DNA of 62,720 bases, counting the filler, from Choristocarpus tenellus KU-1152 (lineage: Eukaryota > Protista > Phaeophyceae): the NCBI GenBank assembly GCA_964200185.2. It is 9 parts of 9 records of this genome, joined end to end, with 100 filler letters (N's around TTAATTAATTAA, not from the genome) between each part and the next. Parts side by side here need not be neighbours in the genome. Positions count along the whole stretch, not along the records: positions 1 to 5,027 come from CAXNAD020012120.1; positions 5,128 to 22,539 come from CAXNAD020000674.1; 7 more parts are not named here. One strand, written 5' to 3'. Positions within the stretch are counted from its first letter, which is position 1. Each line of letters starts with the position of its first letter. The notes under the pieces are model-generated. The model ran no database searches and had not been told where the DNA came from. It was given only the letters and a program-made list of their open reading frames with translations. Below are positions 1 through 11,546 of this stretch, piece by piece. The translations under genes were made by a program, and so were the position numbers.

Positions 1-28
1 GTAGGGTTAGGGTTGAGCTCCTTTATAA

Positions 29-238
29 AGTTCAAAGTATCTGGGGGGGGGGGGGGTGTGGGGGGGGGGGGGGAGGCGGCTGTCCATGTTGGACTGGCCC
101 ATTTTTCCATGTCGCTATTTTTGTGTGATTTGGTTACGTGCATCTGATGGGTAATGCAAGTTCACTTCTCCTGGTCAGGACCCAAATGGACACCCTGGTG
201 TAGACACACACACACACACACACCAGATACTTATAGCC
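29..238. mobile_element. MITE family B copy (about 175-210 bp; TIR core TCAAAGTATCTGGGGG...CCCAGATACTT)
   Basis: Terminal inverted repeats and internal similarity (CCAAATGGACACCCTGGTGTAGAC) to copies at 20959, 21942, 42708 and 59455. Confidence 0.75.
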
Positions 239-1138
239 AGCAAGACGGTGTTAGGTTTTATTGTTTTTTTTGGGGTGCTTAGGGTTAGGGTTAGTGATGT
301 GCGTCATAGGTGATGCATCCTATGTTGTTGGTGTGATTGTTGCTGCTGGTCCCATTTTTATTATTATTATTGTTATTTTTATTATTATTATTAGTAGTAG
401 TAGTAGTAGTATCGTGGTGTGTCTGTATGGGTAGAGCCTACAAGTACAGTTGTGTGGGCCTTAGAAGACAAGATCGGTTGCGCCTAGGTCCCAATAGGGT
501 TAGGGTTAGGGTTAGTCCATGCACCGGTAGCTGCAAACGGAAAGTTGATCGCTCAGTGATTTCTTAGCAGCTGGATGTGATGACTTGCTGCTCTGCTCGA
601 GGAGCATGACATCGACAAATACATATATATATATATATATATATAAATATATAAATAAATATACACGCACATCTTTGTATGTTAGATCACAATGAGAGCG
701 GAGCATCTGATATTCGCCGGAAATGTTCTGCATTACACTTTCCATCTAATTTATTCCTGTGGTTCTTGTTAGACTTTCCAAACAGTTCATCGAGAGGTGT
801 TAGACTTTGTCAACCCGTGGCAAGCGTAACGTTTAGGGTTAGGGTACATCTTAGCCACTAAGCGGACTTCTTTTGTGTAAGGGAGAGGAGAGGAGAGGAG
901 AGGAGAGGAGACATCCAATTCTAGACGCGACCTTTGTTTTTTTCTTAGGGTTAGGGTCCTGATGCTCAGGTGTCTGCTCTCGATGGACGGTTTGATGCCT
1001 CTCCTTCCCTAACCCTAACCCTGCACATATTTTTCACTGCACCACTAACAATCCTAACCCTAACCCTGCACATATTTTTTCACTGCACAACTAACAACTA
1101 ACCCAACTAACCTAACTAACAACTAACAACCCTAACAG

Positions 1139-2010
1139 GGTATTTCGAACGAGGTGGACAACAGCACCCTCCCGACCAAGCAACTGAGAAGGCGCAAGGC
1201 CCTCACCATGGACGTGGAGACTGGCCAGCTTGTTTTGGGGGTCTACTCGGAAGAGTCGGCGCAGGCTCAGGTTGGCTGGGGTTTTTTTTTTCTTTTTTCC
1301 TGTGGTTGATGTAGGCGTTTTCCTCTCTCTGAGGTGAGTGATGGCACGTGTTGTGAGTCTCCCCTCCGCCGCAAAGGCTTGGTTGTGGCGTTCTCAGGCG
1401 TCTTTTGCGTTGGGCTTGGAGTGGGGTGGCGATCTAAAGATGGGGGGGCGGGGGTTGGGGGGGTGGGGGTTGGTGGCAGAGTGGGGTGTTTTTGTGGTTC
1501 TATGTCCATGGTGCACGTGGGGGGGGTGAATCAATGTGGTGATACAATGGGATAAAGCCATTGAGATTTTACCAAGAGATAGGATATGTTGGGTTTTTTT
1601 GTAAGGTTCACGATCGTGGGTAGGACGTTGTGACACAGGCACACACACTTGAAAGAAGGGCGTACTTAACCTGTTTCTTGACGGCTGCGTGTGTTCAGAC
1701 CAGGGTCTGATGTTTCTTTTTTTTCTTTCTTGTGCGTGCGGGTGTGTGTGTGTGTGTGTGTTTTGTTTTTTTTAATTGAATTTCAACCCCTGGTGGAGTG
1801 GGAACGAACCCGTACATGCTTCTTTTTTATTTTAATTTTATATATTATATTTTTCTTTACCTCTTTTTTTTTAATCTCCGTCCTTGTATTGTCCTCTGCC
1901 TAAGCTTAGGTGTGTGTGTGTGTGTGTGTTTAATTTTTTTTTTTAGCAGAGTTTGATCGCGTTCGCATCAGGCATTTTTCTATCTTTGAGTTCGCTTTAG
2001 CTCCTCTCCT

Positions 2011-2048
<38 letters not shown>

Positions 2049-4295
2049 NNNNNNNNNNCCCCTCACCATTTCTCCCCGTGGACCTGGTTCAGGACTCTCT
2101 CTTCAGATGCAAGCAGAGCCCTCGGCACTCCTTCCGGGCTCCAATCATTTGTATTATTATTTGTATCCCTCCTCCCTTCCTCTTCCTCTTCCTCTTCCTC
2201 TTCCTCTTCCTCTAATCTTGACTTCCCTAACCCTATGCCATCCGTATGTCCTCTTCGTACCTTCCTTTCACGATGTCTTGTGTGCTCTGCAGTGGCTGGT
2301 GTCTAATCAGAAGTTCTCTGGCCTGAAGGAGGGTACCATCCCCCTCTATGAATCCCACACCGCGGTTGAGGATCTAACGATCATCTTTGCTGATGTGGGA
2401 ATGATGCTCTTCAATCGGAAACAGGTATTTAATTCTTGTTCCTGCTGCTGCCCCCCATCTACCCCACGTAGATGGTACCCCCGTCCCCGTCCCCGTCCCC
2501 GTCCCCTCCCTTGTTAGTGCGAGCTTTGTTGGGAACGGTCTCACTTGGATAGCAGCGACTCCTTACAGGTGTTTTTGATTTGGGAGAAGGGCCCTTTGCT
2601 TTTCCCCTAGGATGTGTTGGAAGTCAGCGAGGTTTGTGCATCTTCTGTTCCGTTGAGAAATTGTTGTGGGATTTGCAGCTCCAGCGTTGGATGGGGATGG
2701 AGGATGTTGTGATCGCTTCTCGGGGGCGAAGGAGTTTCTTAGGATTGGTTTTGACATTAGTTGTGATTGTTTTGTTTTGTTTTGTTTTGTTTTGTTTTGG
2801 AGTTGGTTGTACTGATCGTGATGTAATGGTCTCGTTGTTGACGTTAGGTTTTTGTTATAGTCCCACAACAATCCCATCGACACTAGAATACCTTTGTTTT
2901 TTCTAGGGGTTTTGTATTGTCTGTGGTTGGGTTGGTTGCTCAGTCTCCGCTGGCGCTGTTGTGCTAACTGACAAGCACATCTAGGGAGGTCCTTCATTGC
3001 AAGAGGGTCTTTAGGGGACTCCTTCTTGGTGATTTTGGTGCTTTCAGCCCCTTGGTTGTGTTTGTTTGAGCAATTCATTGCCACAGTAGTGTTTTCTGTG
3101 ACAGTATCCTCTCCTGCAGTACATTACTTCAAGGTGATAATACGGTCACTATGCCCTCAATGTTGCCTGTGATTTATGGTCCTACAGGGCGAGCCTTTGG
3201 AGGGAGTGAAAGACAAGGACGGGAAGTTGATAGCGAGGCGAATGGTGAGACGCTGCAACAGCTCTATTCCACTTCGTGTCGGTGGTCTTGTGTTGTGAGG
3301 AAAGGGTCCTTTTGTAGAGCTTTTTTTTTTTAATCTTCAGTTTGTCTAGGGTTAGGGTTAGAGTTAGGGTCGATATCAGGGTGAATTTGATGCCCCTAGA
3401 TGTAAGTAGTTGGTTGTTGATCCTGTGTGAAGTCCTTCATGTTTGCTTTCTTGTGTTCCTCAGGAGGTTAGGAGGTGGAGTGAGATTGCCTATTGCGAGG
3501 CTACTTCCGAAGGCATCTTGATAAGGGACTACCAGGGAAGACATGTGCCCATTGTTGTGCCGATACAGCAAAGCAGGTGTGTACTGTCCCTAAGGATACC
3601 CGTGAATGGATCGGGGCTACAAGATGTATATGTATGATGTATGATGCTGAGGTAGGGTTTGTTCACACGCATGCTTTTGTGTGATGGCGACCTTCTGGCG
3701 ATGGAGGCGTTTTGAATGGCAGATCAAAACAAGACTTGGTTTTGACCTCCTCTCTCTCGACTTTGTCTCACTGCCACGGAAATGGTTTCCCAACTGAAAG
3801 CTTGTTAAAATCCCCCAACTCCTGTGCAAAGTTCTTGCCAACTCAAGTTCATACCCCCTCGATCCTCCTGTGCTTGTATCATATCTTCTTCTGTAACTGT
3901 AATTGTAACTGAAATTGTAACTGTAACTGTAACTGTAACTGTAACTGAGAGTTGTGTGCAAGGCGAGGTCTTGTTTGTGTCCATGGGTAAAAATTGGAAT
4001 TGCCTAGTCCTCTATATATATATTCAGAACGTTGTCTCCCAGGTCAAACACCCCAAACCTCCACTACCTGGTGACCCACTGAACATTCATTGACAATACC
4101 TCGCCTTGCACACACTGATATTGATACCGTGGTTGTCACCCTTGCCTTTACTGAAGGGAGCAGCTGTATGCCAAGTTTTATGCCCACAGCAGCCGGATGG
4201 GTGATCCTACCCGGATGCGCCCACCATCAGAGGCGTTTTTTCGACTGAGTGGACGGTCGCTGGATCGGTCTGGGGGAGGGGCTTCACTGATGGGG
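1139..4295 (+). CDS. Partial multi-exon gene of unknown product (internal exons about 1139-1270, 2293-2424, 3464-3576, 4157-4295)
   Basis: Four AG...GT-bounded open segments with compatible phases: GISNEVDNSTLPTKQLRRRKALTMDVETGQLVLGVYSEESAQAQ / WLVSNQKFSGLKEGTIPLYESHTAVEDLTIIFADVGMMLFNRKQ / EVRRWSEIAYCEATSEGILIRDYQGRHVPIVVPIQQSR / EQLYAKFYAHSSRMGDPTRMRPP. They are embedded in low-complexity introns. No family recognised. Confidence 0.6.
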
Positions 4296-4902
4296 GTGAG
4301 GGAGGGGTGAGGGGTGTCTTCTTGACGTGTGGGCCTGTTTGTGGTTTTGACTTCATCGGGGAGAGAGGTGCAAGGCAGGGTAGGGGATTTTGATCTGGGT
4401 AGAGGTGGACATGAGGCCTGAAACGATGTTTGGTGTTGGTTGGTGCTAGATGTGTGTGTGTGTGTGTGATAGTTTTGTGTTGGTTAGGTCTCCCAGGGGG
4501 GAGTTCGGCTGCGAATATTTTATTTATTTATTGATACCTGCTGGGAGAGAGCCTTCTTTTTTTTAATTTTTTGTATGTATGTAAAAACAGAGTCGAACCA
4601 AGTGAGAGGGCTTATTGGGCCGCGTCTGTTCGGGGCGAATGGATGAAGTGTAACGATTTTGATGTAAGTTTGGCTGTCGTGTTTGTTTGCAAGCGCTGAT
4701 ATGGTTAGGGTTAGGGTTAGGGTGAGTGTGTTCACACACGAGAACGAAAAAAGGGCGTAGGAAAACCCTAACCCTAACCCTAACTTGTACATCCCTCCGC
4801 TTCTCTTGAATCATGGTGATGATGCCGTGCTATGCAGAGGGCCTTGTCTGCCACAGCCAAAGATGTATGCATTTACCACACGAAGTACTTTTCGTGTTAG
4901 AA

Positions 4903-4937
<35 letters not shown>

Positions 4938-5027
4938 CTTCTTTTTTTCTTTTTCTTTTTCTTGTTCTTTTTTTTGTGGGGGGGGGGGAAGAGTCGGGGA
5001 CGATAGTAGAGGCCTTGATGATTCAAT

Positions 5028-5127
5028 NNNNNNNNNNNNNNNNNNNNNNNNNNNNNNNNNNNNNNNNNNNNTTAATTAATTAANNNNNNNNNNNNNNNNN
5101 NNNNNNNNNNNNNNNNNNNNNNNNNNN
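5028..5127. other. Artificial contig-joining spacer (N44-TTAATTAATTAA-N44); identical spacers at 22540-22639, 27866-27965, 44246-44345, 48606-48705, 52804-52903, 56049-56148, 60118-60217
   Basis: Identical 100-nt N-padded linker with stops in all six frames, seen 8 times. Confidence 0.98.
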
Positions 5128-6099
5128 AGGTATTGCTTGTGTAGTAGAGGGTTGCCATTGGGACGTGCGGTGGGGGGCAGGGGGGGAGGGGGGGAGGGAG
5201 GGAGGTTGGCAGAAAGGCAGTGTAAGAGACAGACCCCAATGCACGATGGACAATTCAAAGTGGATTTGTGAACTTGTAGGTCACCTTTGCAGTACAGCAA
5301 CGAGTTGGATACATCTAACCATGCGCATACGCTGGGAATACATTCTGATCCCCTTATGGAGATTTATGCATCCAATCATGACCTCTACAACATTTCTGTT
5401 GCAGATCTACTCTCTCGTAGTACATAAATGCATGGATGTATGTGTAACTCTCATTATTATTTGTGCCCTTGCTTCTCACATGTTGGTTCAGTCATCCTAC
5501 TACCACTAATCGCTCCCCTTCCTTGTGCTGGACATGCCTCAGCACACCTCTGGAAAAAAAAAGCCTTGTTACCTACCTTTTGGGGGTTTACCATATTTTT
5601 GTGGCATGGTGACAGACAGGATTGTGCGCAAGTACAATCTGTAATGCTTGCCACGTTACCTAACCCAGAATGTGCTCAAAAGAACTCTGGTCTCAAGCAG
5701 GTTCATACCTGCAAGTTCCTACAAGGGAACCTTGTCTGTTTTACCACTAGGGTGTAAGGACGCTTGTTGTGCCACAGTCTGGAGCTGGAGCATTAACATC
5801 CTTGCGTATACTAAAGCCTCTAAGGTATAAGCAAGGCGTATGGATTACCCAGTAATGTTACCATCTACTCTGGAGTATATACTTGCTTATAAAGTGCATG
5901 TGCTTTGAAGCACAGTAGAACCTGATGCATTAAATATATATATATATATATCAGGGTACAATGGCATCCAAAGAATTCGAAGCACTGCACTTAGCAGGAA
6001 CAGGGGCTGAAACCAATCCATTGACAGGGAAATCAATAATAACATGACATAAAACGTATATGACCAGTCAGTTTTGGAGCTCAGATTACTGGAGTCCTC

Positions 6100-9000
6100 A
6101 TCCTAGAGAAAAATGTGTCAAAAGGGTAAAGGTATTGTTGGAAGTAGTCACCAGGAGCATTTCATACAACTCATACTTCCTGGCCATGGTAAATACACCT
6201 TGACCCCAACCCACACATGCCCTCACAATGTCCACTTTCTCTAACAATAAAACCCTAACTGTATCCAGGGTCCACTCTGAACGAAAGAGGGGTAACGCCA
6301 AATAGGACTTCGCAAAAGAGACTTGTAAAGTTTGTTGGAGGCTTTGGACTTACTTGTCACAGAAGAGAGAAGTTACCAAAGTATGCAGCTTGAGGCGCAT
6401 GAGGGTGTTGTTCGTCGCAACTGTAAAGTTTTCCTAGTGTCAGGAGTGGCGTATGTAACCGAAGGTGAGGAGAGTGAAATCGACCATGGCAGGTGAAGGA
6501 AAAAGCATGTTGGGGTTCAGCAGCATGTTTGGAAGAAAATTTTGAAAGGAAGCTGACAGCAACACGAATTCAGTACACAGTCTCAAGAGCAACAAAGACC
6601 TCTCCTAACAAAAAGTGTTTTCCTTGGCGGGGGGGTAACTGCAAAACGTAAGAAACATATTCAAATATAATTGGGGTCAGGGAGGGGGGGGGGTGGTATT
6701 GTGAATGCCGGAGTGAAAACTGTGACGGTTTTCATGGATTTCTATGCCTCGTGCTACACACTAACTTATTACCCTTTAATGTTGGAAAAGTGTATGACTG
6801 AGGTACGTCTCACCACAAGCATCGTATAGTGACCGTCTTCGAGGTAGAGCCACAAAAGATGTCCCATAACGTTGAGCTGTGATCTCAATACCAGGGAGAT
6901 TGAAAAAGAAGAGGGGTGAAATCCGGTAGGAAAGAAGGCAGGGGGAGAGGGAGCAGCGACACTCAGTTGGTTGTGGCAATGCATATTTGGGGAACCTATT
7001 GACCGTGTGTATAGAATCACGTGTCCAGCTCTCACCAGTAGGCGGAGATTCCCCCCTCCCAACATCTCTGTATTGTGAGCTGGAGCTACAGATGCGTGGA
7101 GGTCTTCTCCCTATGGTCCTTGGCATACTATACCCATCCGAACAGGCAAGCGATGCTTCTGGAAATTCTCCTTCAATTGGGGGAAATACAAAAGGGGTCC
7201 TTCACTCCACCTCCAACCTAGGACACGCCTCAGAACATCTCAAATCACGAGTTCTAACGTACCCCTCTTGGACTAAGGATATGACCTCCAATGATATGAC
7301 GAAGGGGAGGGGGGGTGCTGGCCTCGTTCCACGGCATGCCCTAGGAAAATTAGGCACCTTGATGTTAACTATGTCTACATTGACCTACCCCGATCAGTCC
7401 GGGTAAGACTTGGTCCTCGCTCGGTCCCCTCATTTGTGATAAGTTCGGCATATTCCCCTTCCTTGGTGTCTGTATATATCCACGATATCGTGGGCGGCTC
7501 ATCATCTTCAGGCCCTGCGGCAATCGCCATTCTTGTAAACCTACTGCCGTCTTCCCTCGTCTTGATCCGTGAGAGCCCATTCCTGCCATGAGTCGAGGAA
7601 GAAGCATAGACCGATTGGCCAAGCATCGTCCAAGGAGGGATGACATGCGGTGTGAGGGTCGCACGCACGGTAACCACCAGCCTTGACTCTCCTTCGTTAG
7701 GTAGTTGGAGTTTTTGAATTGAACGAAGGAAACTGTGTGAGGTCTTCAGGAAAGTTATATTATTTTTTTCGTTTTTTCATAGTATCAGATGTTGCCACAT
7801 CCATCCACCTTCCAAACACGAAATTGTACCCCAGTTGGGGCCTGGTGACAATGAGAGTGGTAGCAAGCAGGGGAGCATTGGAACCACAGGGAAAGAGGTG
7901 GCACTCTGGATGGGTTAGCATATTCCATCTAAGGTGCCGTAGTGCTTCCATTTCTGCGGCAGTTGGGCAGTCACGCTTCAATGCAGAATGTCTGTCATGT
8001 TGTACTTTGAAGCTAATACCAATTCCCCCACTTTGCTACACAAGGTGGTCAGCAGTGTGGCCCCAGAGAAAACATATATCACTCAGGTAACAGTGCGGGT
8101 AGATGTATTGAAGTAAGGGGGTACTGCAGGAGCTGGCAGCAGCAATTGGGACAGGTTTGGTGACCATGTTAGAAACATCTACAACATTGTATGTGGAGGA
8201 AAGGGTGGGTGGGGCGATGCCCATACTCTTGGGAGAGAAGTGGACATGTTGTAATGGTTGTGTACAGATCATCGCTGTAGGCGGTTCTTGTGATCACGTA
8301 ATACTAATTGTGTATTTATATACCTTTAAACCAGTAGTGCAGAACAGATATCTACTTGGTATATTTTGCACCAACCTTCTTGGTTTGCATACGTCGGATG
8401 GATGCTGAAAGAATGCACTTTTCCTGATTTTGGTCCAAATGGACACCCAAGTGTAGACCCCCCCCCCCCTCCCAGATACTTTGGGTCACCATCCAGTTGT
8501 TCTAATCCATGACCACTATAGTGTACCTGTGTAGTACTAATCTTCTATGCTTAAAAATAAATTCATTTTCAACTGGTCCCGTCAACCTTACATTTAAAGC
8601 TTGGGGGATCACTTCACACAGCAGTCTTGGCATACAACTGGTGAACAAACTCTTAGACGAGCTACACAGTGACTCACGCGGTGGGTGGGAGAGGTGCTGG
8701 AGGTTTCCTTAAGAATAATATGGTGAAGGTGTGTCCGTATTGGTACAAGTAAAATGTCCAAGGCTTGTCATGTGCTACAAGCTGGCGACAATGGACCAGT
8801 AGGCCAGTGGGCTAGGCAAGCCCTGACCAACTCCAGGGATCTTCCCCTTGTTTCTATACTGCCTTCATATATAGCACTAGACTAGCGGCACAGTAGTAGC
8901 ATCTGTTTTGGATGTACTGCATTGTTGTATGTAGGAAGAAGGTGGTTGTCGCAAGTAGTAGGGACTCTTGTTGTGTCTGTTGTCTTCTCTTGTGCATGTC

Positions 9001-9547
9001 TCTTCTGTTCCCCATTATAACATCTTCCCCTTGCTCCCTCTGTGATGTATCAGCACACAAAAAACAGTACTTTTTGTCACTTCTACAACAGAGAGGCAAC
9101 AAGTATATACAACAGTAATATGGACATCAGTGTCCAGGCTTTAGGTCAGAAATTTACAACTAAAAGAAGGCACAGGCAACATGTCCTTACTGCTCCTCAT
9201 TCCGTTATTTGTAGCACTTCAAGAATAAATTGGCAGTGTATGGAACAGACCTCTTCCCATCCTTAACCCGTAAGAGCTCTATCAGATATACGCACCATAT
9301 ACGTGGCAGAGAGAGACAGATAAATTAGTATCTCCAAATAACAAAGTGGCAATGTGTCCCTGTGCGCAATGTAAAATACTATGTACAATATTAATATATA
9401 TACTATTGAGAGCATTTATCACACCGGCACCTGGTCATCGCCCTCAACAGTGATATTGAACTCCAACTATACACTGGAGTGTACCATACCGTCAGATGAA
9501 ACTCCAACCATGTCTGTACCGTCAAAAACCAAGCTCCAACGGAAAAC
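6100..9547 (-). CDS. Possible multi-exon gene of unknown function; boundaries uncertain
   Basis: Several minus-strand AG/GT-bounded open segments (e.g. VFRWSLVFDGTDMVGVSSD near 9500, HMTSLGHFTCTNTDTPSPYILKE near 8700-8775, ORF 7375-7677, GMPWNEASTPPPLRHIIGGHILSPRG near 7265-7340). A full model could not be closed and no homology was recognised. Confidence 0.35.
8355..8487. mobile_element. MITE family B, partial copy (one TIR)
   Basis: GCACTTTTCCTGATTTTGGTCCAAATGGACACCCAAGTGTAGACCCCC...CCCAGATACTTTGGGTC matches the family B right half. Confidence 0.65.
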
Positions 9548-11546
9548 CTGAGCGTATTGTACTGTGAAATGAAACTATTAAAACAACCATAACCACACCG
9601 GAAATGTCATCTTGTTTTTTCATATTTTTCATTACCATTGTAACGTACTGTCCAAATTCCTTCCTTAACCCCTATCTACTGTGGTGAAGATAACATCATG
9701 AGCCACAGGACAGTAAAAGTTCATAGTTGGAAGGCCTTAATTGAAAACAATACAGATTCTGTAGGAGGGTGCCTGTACTTAATCCCTGATCTGGGTATGT
9801 TTCTTTCTAAACTATGCCAAAATCTATCTGCAAAATGTCAGTGGGCATGAAATATGACACAAGGACAATGTCCCTTTGAATCAACAGGATAGATGTATTC
9901 CTCCAGCGTGATACTCTCTCACTGCAAGGTCCATGCATTCTGTACAATTTTCGTTATTAGATTTTTATTTTTTGAAATGATGCGGAAAGCAACCAATGCC
10001 GTTCCACCTGTGGTGTGAACATGGCAATCAACACACTATCTGTTTCCTTCCCCAGCAGCTAGACATTGCTGATTGCACAACTGAAAGTGTTATCTTATGC
10101 ACAGAACTTTTTTTTTCAACAAAATGAATACGACCCCGCTCCCCTTCCATATGTGGTTCCTCCATAATTGATGCAGCTTGCTGGTAAAAGCGCTTCGAAA
10201 CTGTATAGGGAGGCTTTCATAGCCTTCAACCCATGATTACACCATCAAAAAACCCAACAGCAACCTATTGAGGCGTATCTAACAATCATTAAGAGCACAA
10301 AGCACACCCAGAGGTCTTGAACATCAACAAACACAAAGGATCATTATAAATCACAGTCACAGCACAGGATCCAGCCGAAGGATGCACCCTATGCTGCCCA
10401 CAACACCACCTTATCACACACCCTTCCATCACCCAAGCAATTACACCACGCCACATCATATCAGACATGCCTCCTAGCTCCCACCCTCCCCTCCCCTTCC
10501 TTGTCTTTCCCCTCTTCCAAGAGTAACTTATCCCTTGGTGAAGCCCTCAACCCGGGAATTATCACAGGAGGGTGGACGAAGCGAGAAATGTCCTATGCTC
10601 CATACTAACAACAAAACCATTCCAACGCACTCACTGCAAGCACTCTCAAAAGGATATACATTTGTAAGTGTACATTCCTACTACGTCGCTTTCAGCTCAC
10701 CCTACGAGCAAGCCGAAGGACCATGAAATCGTCTCAACCACAATTGTCTGGATCCATGTCAAAACCTTCTCGACTCCTCACAATGGACTCAACTACGAAA
10801 ATCTATCAACTCCCCCTTCCACCTCCACTAGATCCCCCTATCGTTCCCCCTCTTGAGGGTGCATCCCCTGGCACTATTGAATTGACAACACCAACAAGTG
10901 CCTCTGTGGTGCATGATGTATTATGACCTTGTTCATCAAAAATAAAAAATAAACTTTTCTCTTCTCTTTCAAGGCAGTGAATGCCAATACTCAAAATTTT
11001 CACATGCTTGGAGGAACTAAGAACACATTCCCACTTGTCAAAACAGAGGAGACTGTGCAACCTCAGGTGACCCCCTCCTTCTGCTCCTCCACACTGCTAC
11101 TATGGCAACAAAGCAGCCTTGAAGATATTTTTTCCCTATGCTAAGCAAGATGTTCCATCTGGCCTGCCGGTTATAACTCACTGCAAAATCACACCTGACA
11201 TTTGTTATTTTGCTGACAAGCAGAAGCTTGCGGCAGCAAGACCTTTCTGCCTGTCTCGTTCACACTGCTCGTGCAGGGCTCAACATGTGCATCCTACAAA
11301 CACTACAACCCATGTAGAAAAAAGATGGTGTTGAAGCCAGCTCATATTCATATGGGTTGGGGCACAAATCCATTCAAAAAAAAACAAACGAGCGGACCTG
11401 TTCACAAGATAGGTATCCACTTTTTAACTCCTCCCCCTTTCCCCCCCAAAAAAAAACACACGACTATTTCCTGCGATCAATCTCCTTGTAGATATTTGAT
11501 TGAAGATGAAAAGAGGAGCACTGTTTGCTGCTACCCCTGTTAATGG

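Noticed and set aside
1-14. TTAGGG at the window start as a true telomere
   Set aside because: Only 2 units, in the wrong orientation for a left chromosome end, and similar tracts are scattered internally
337-5026. ORFs rich in VRVRV, LGLGL, YIYIY or poly-L/F
   Set aside because: Translations of TTAGGG, (TA)n and poly-T microsatellites in introns
5028-5127. Recurrent TTAATTAATTAA palindrome flanked by Ns
   Set aside because: Artificial contig linker, not biology; gene neighbourhoods across linkers were not interpreted
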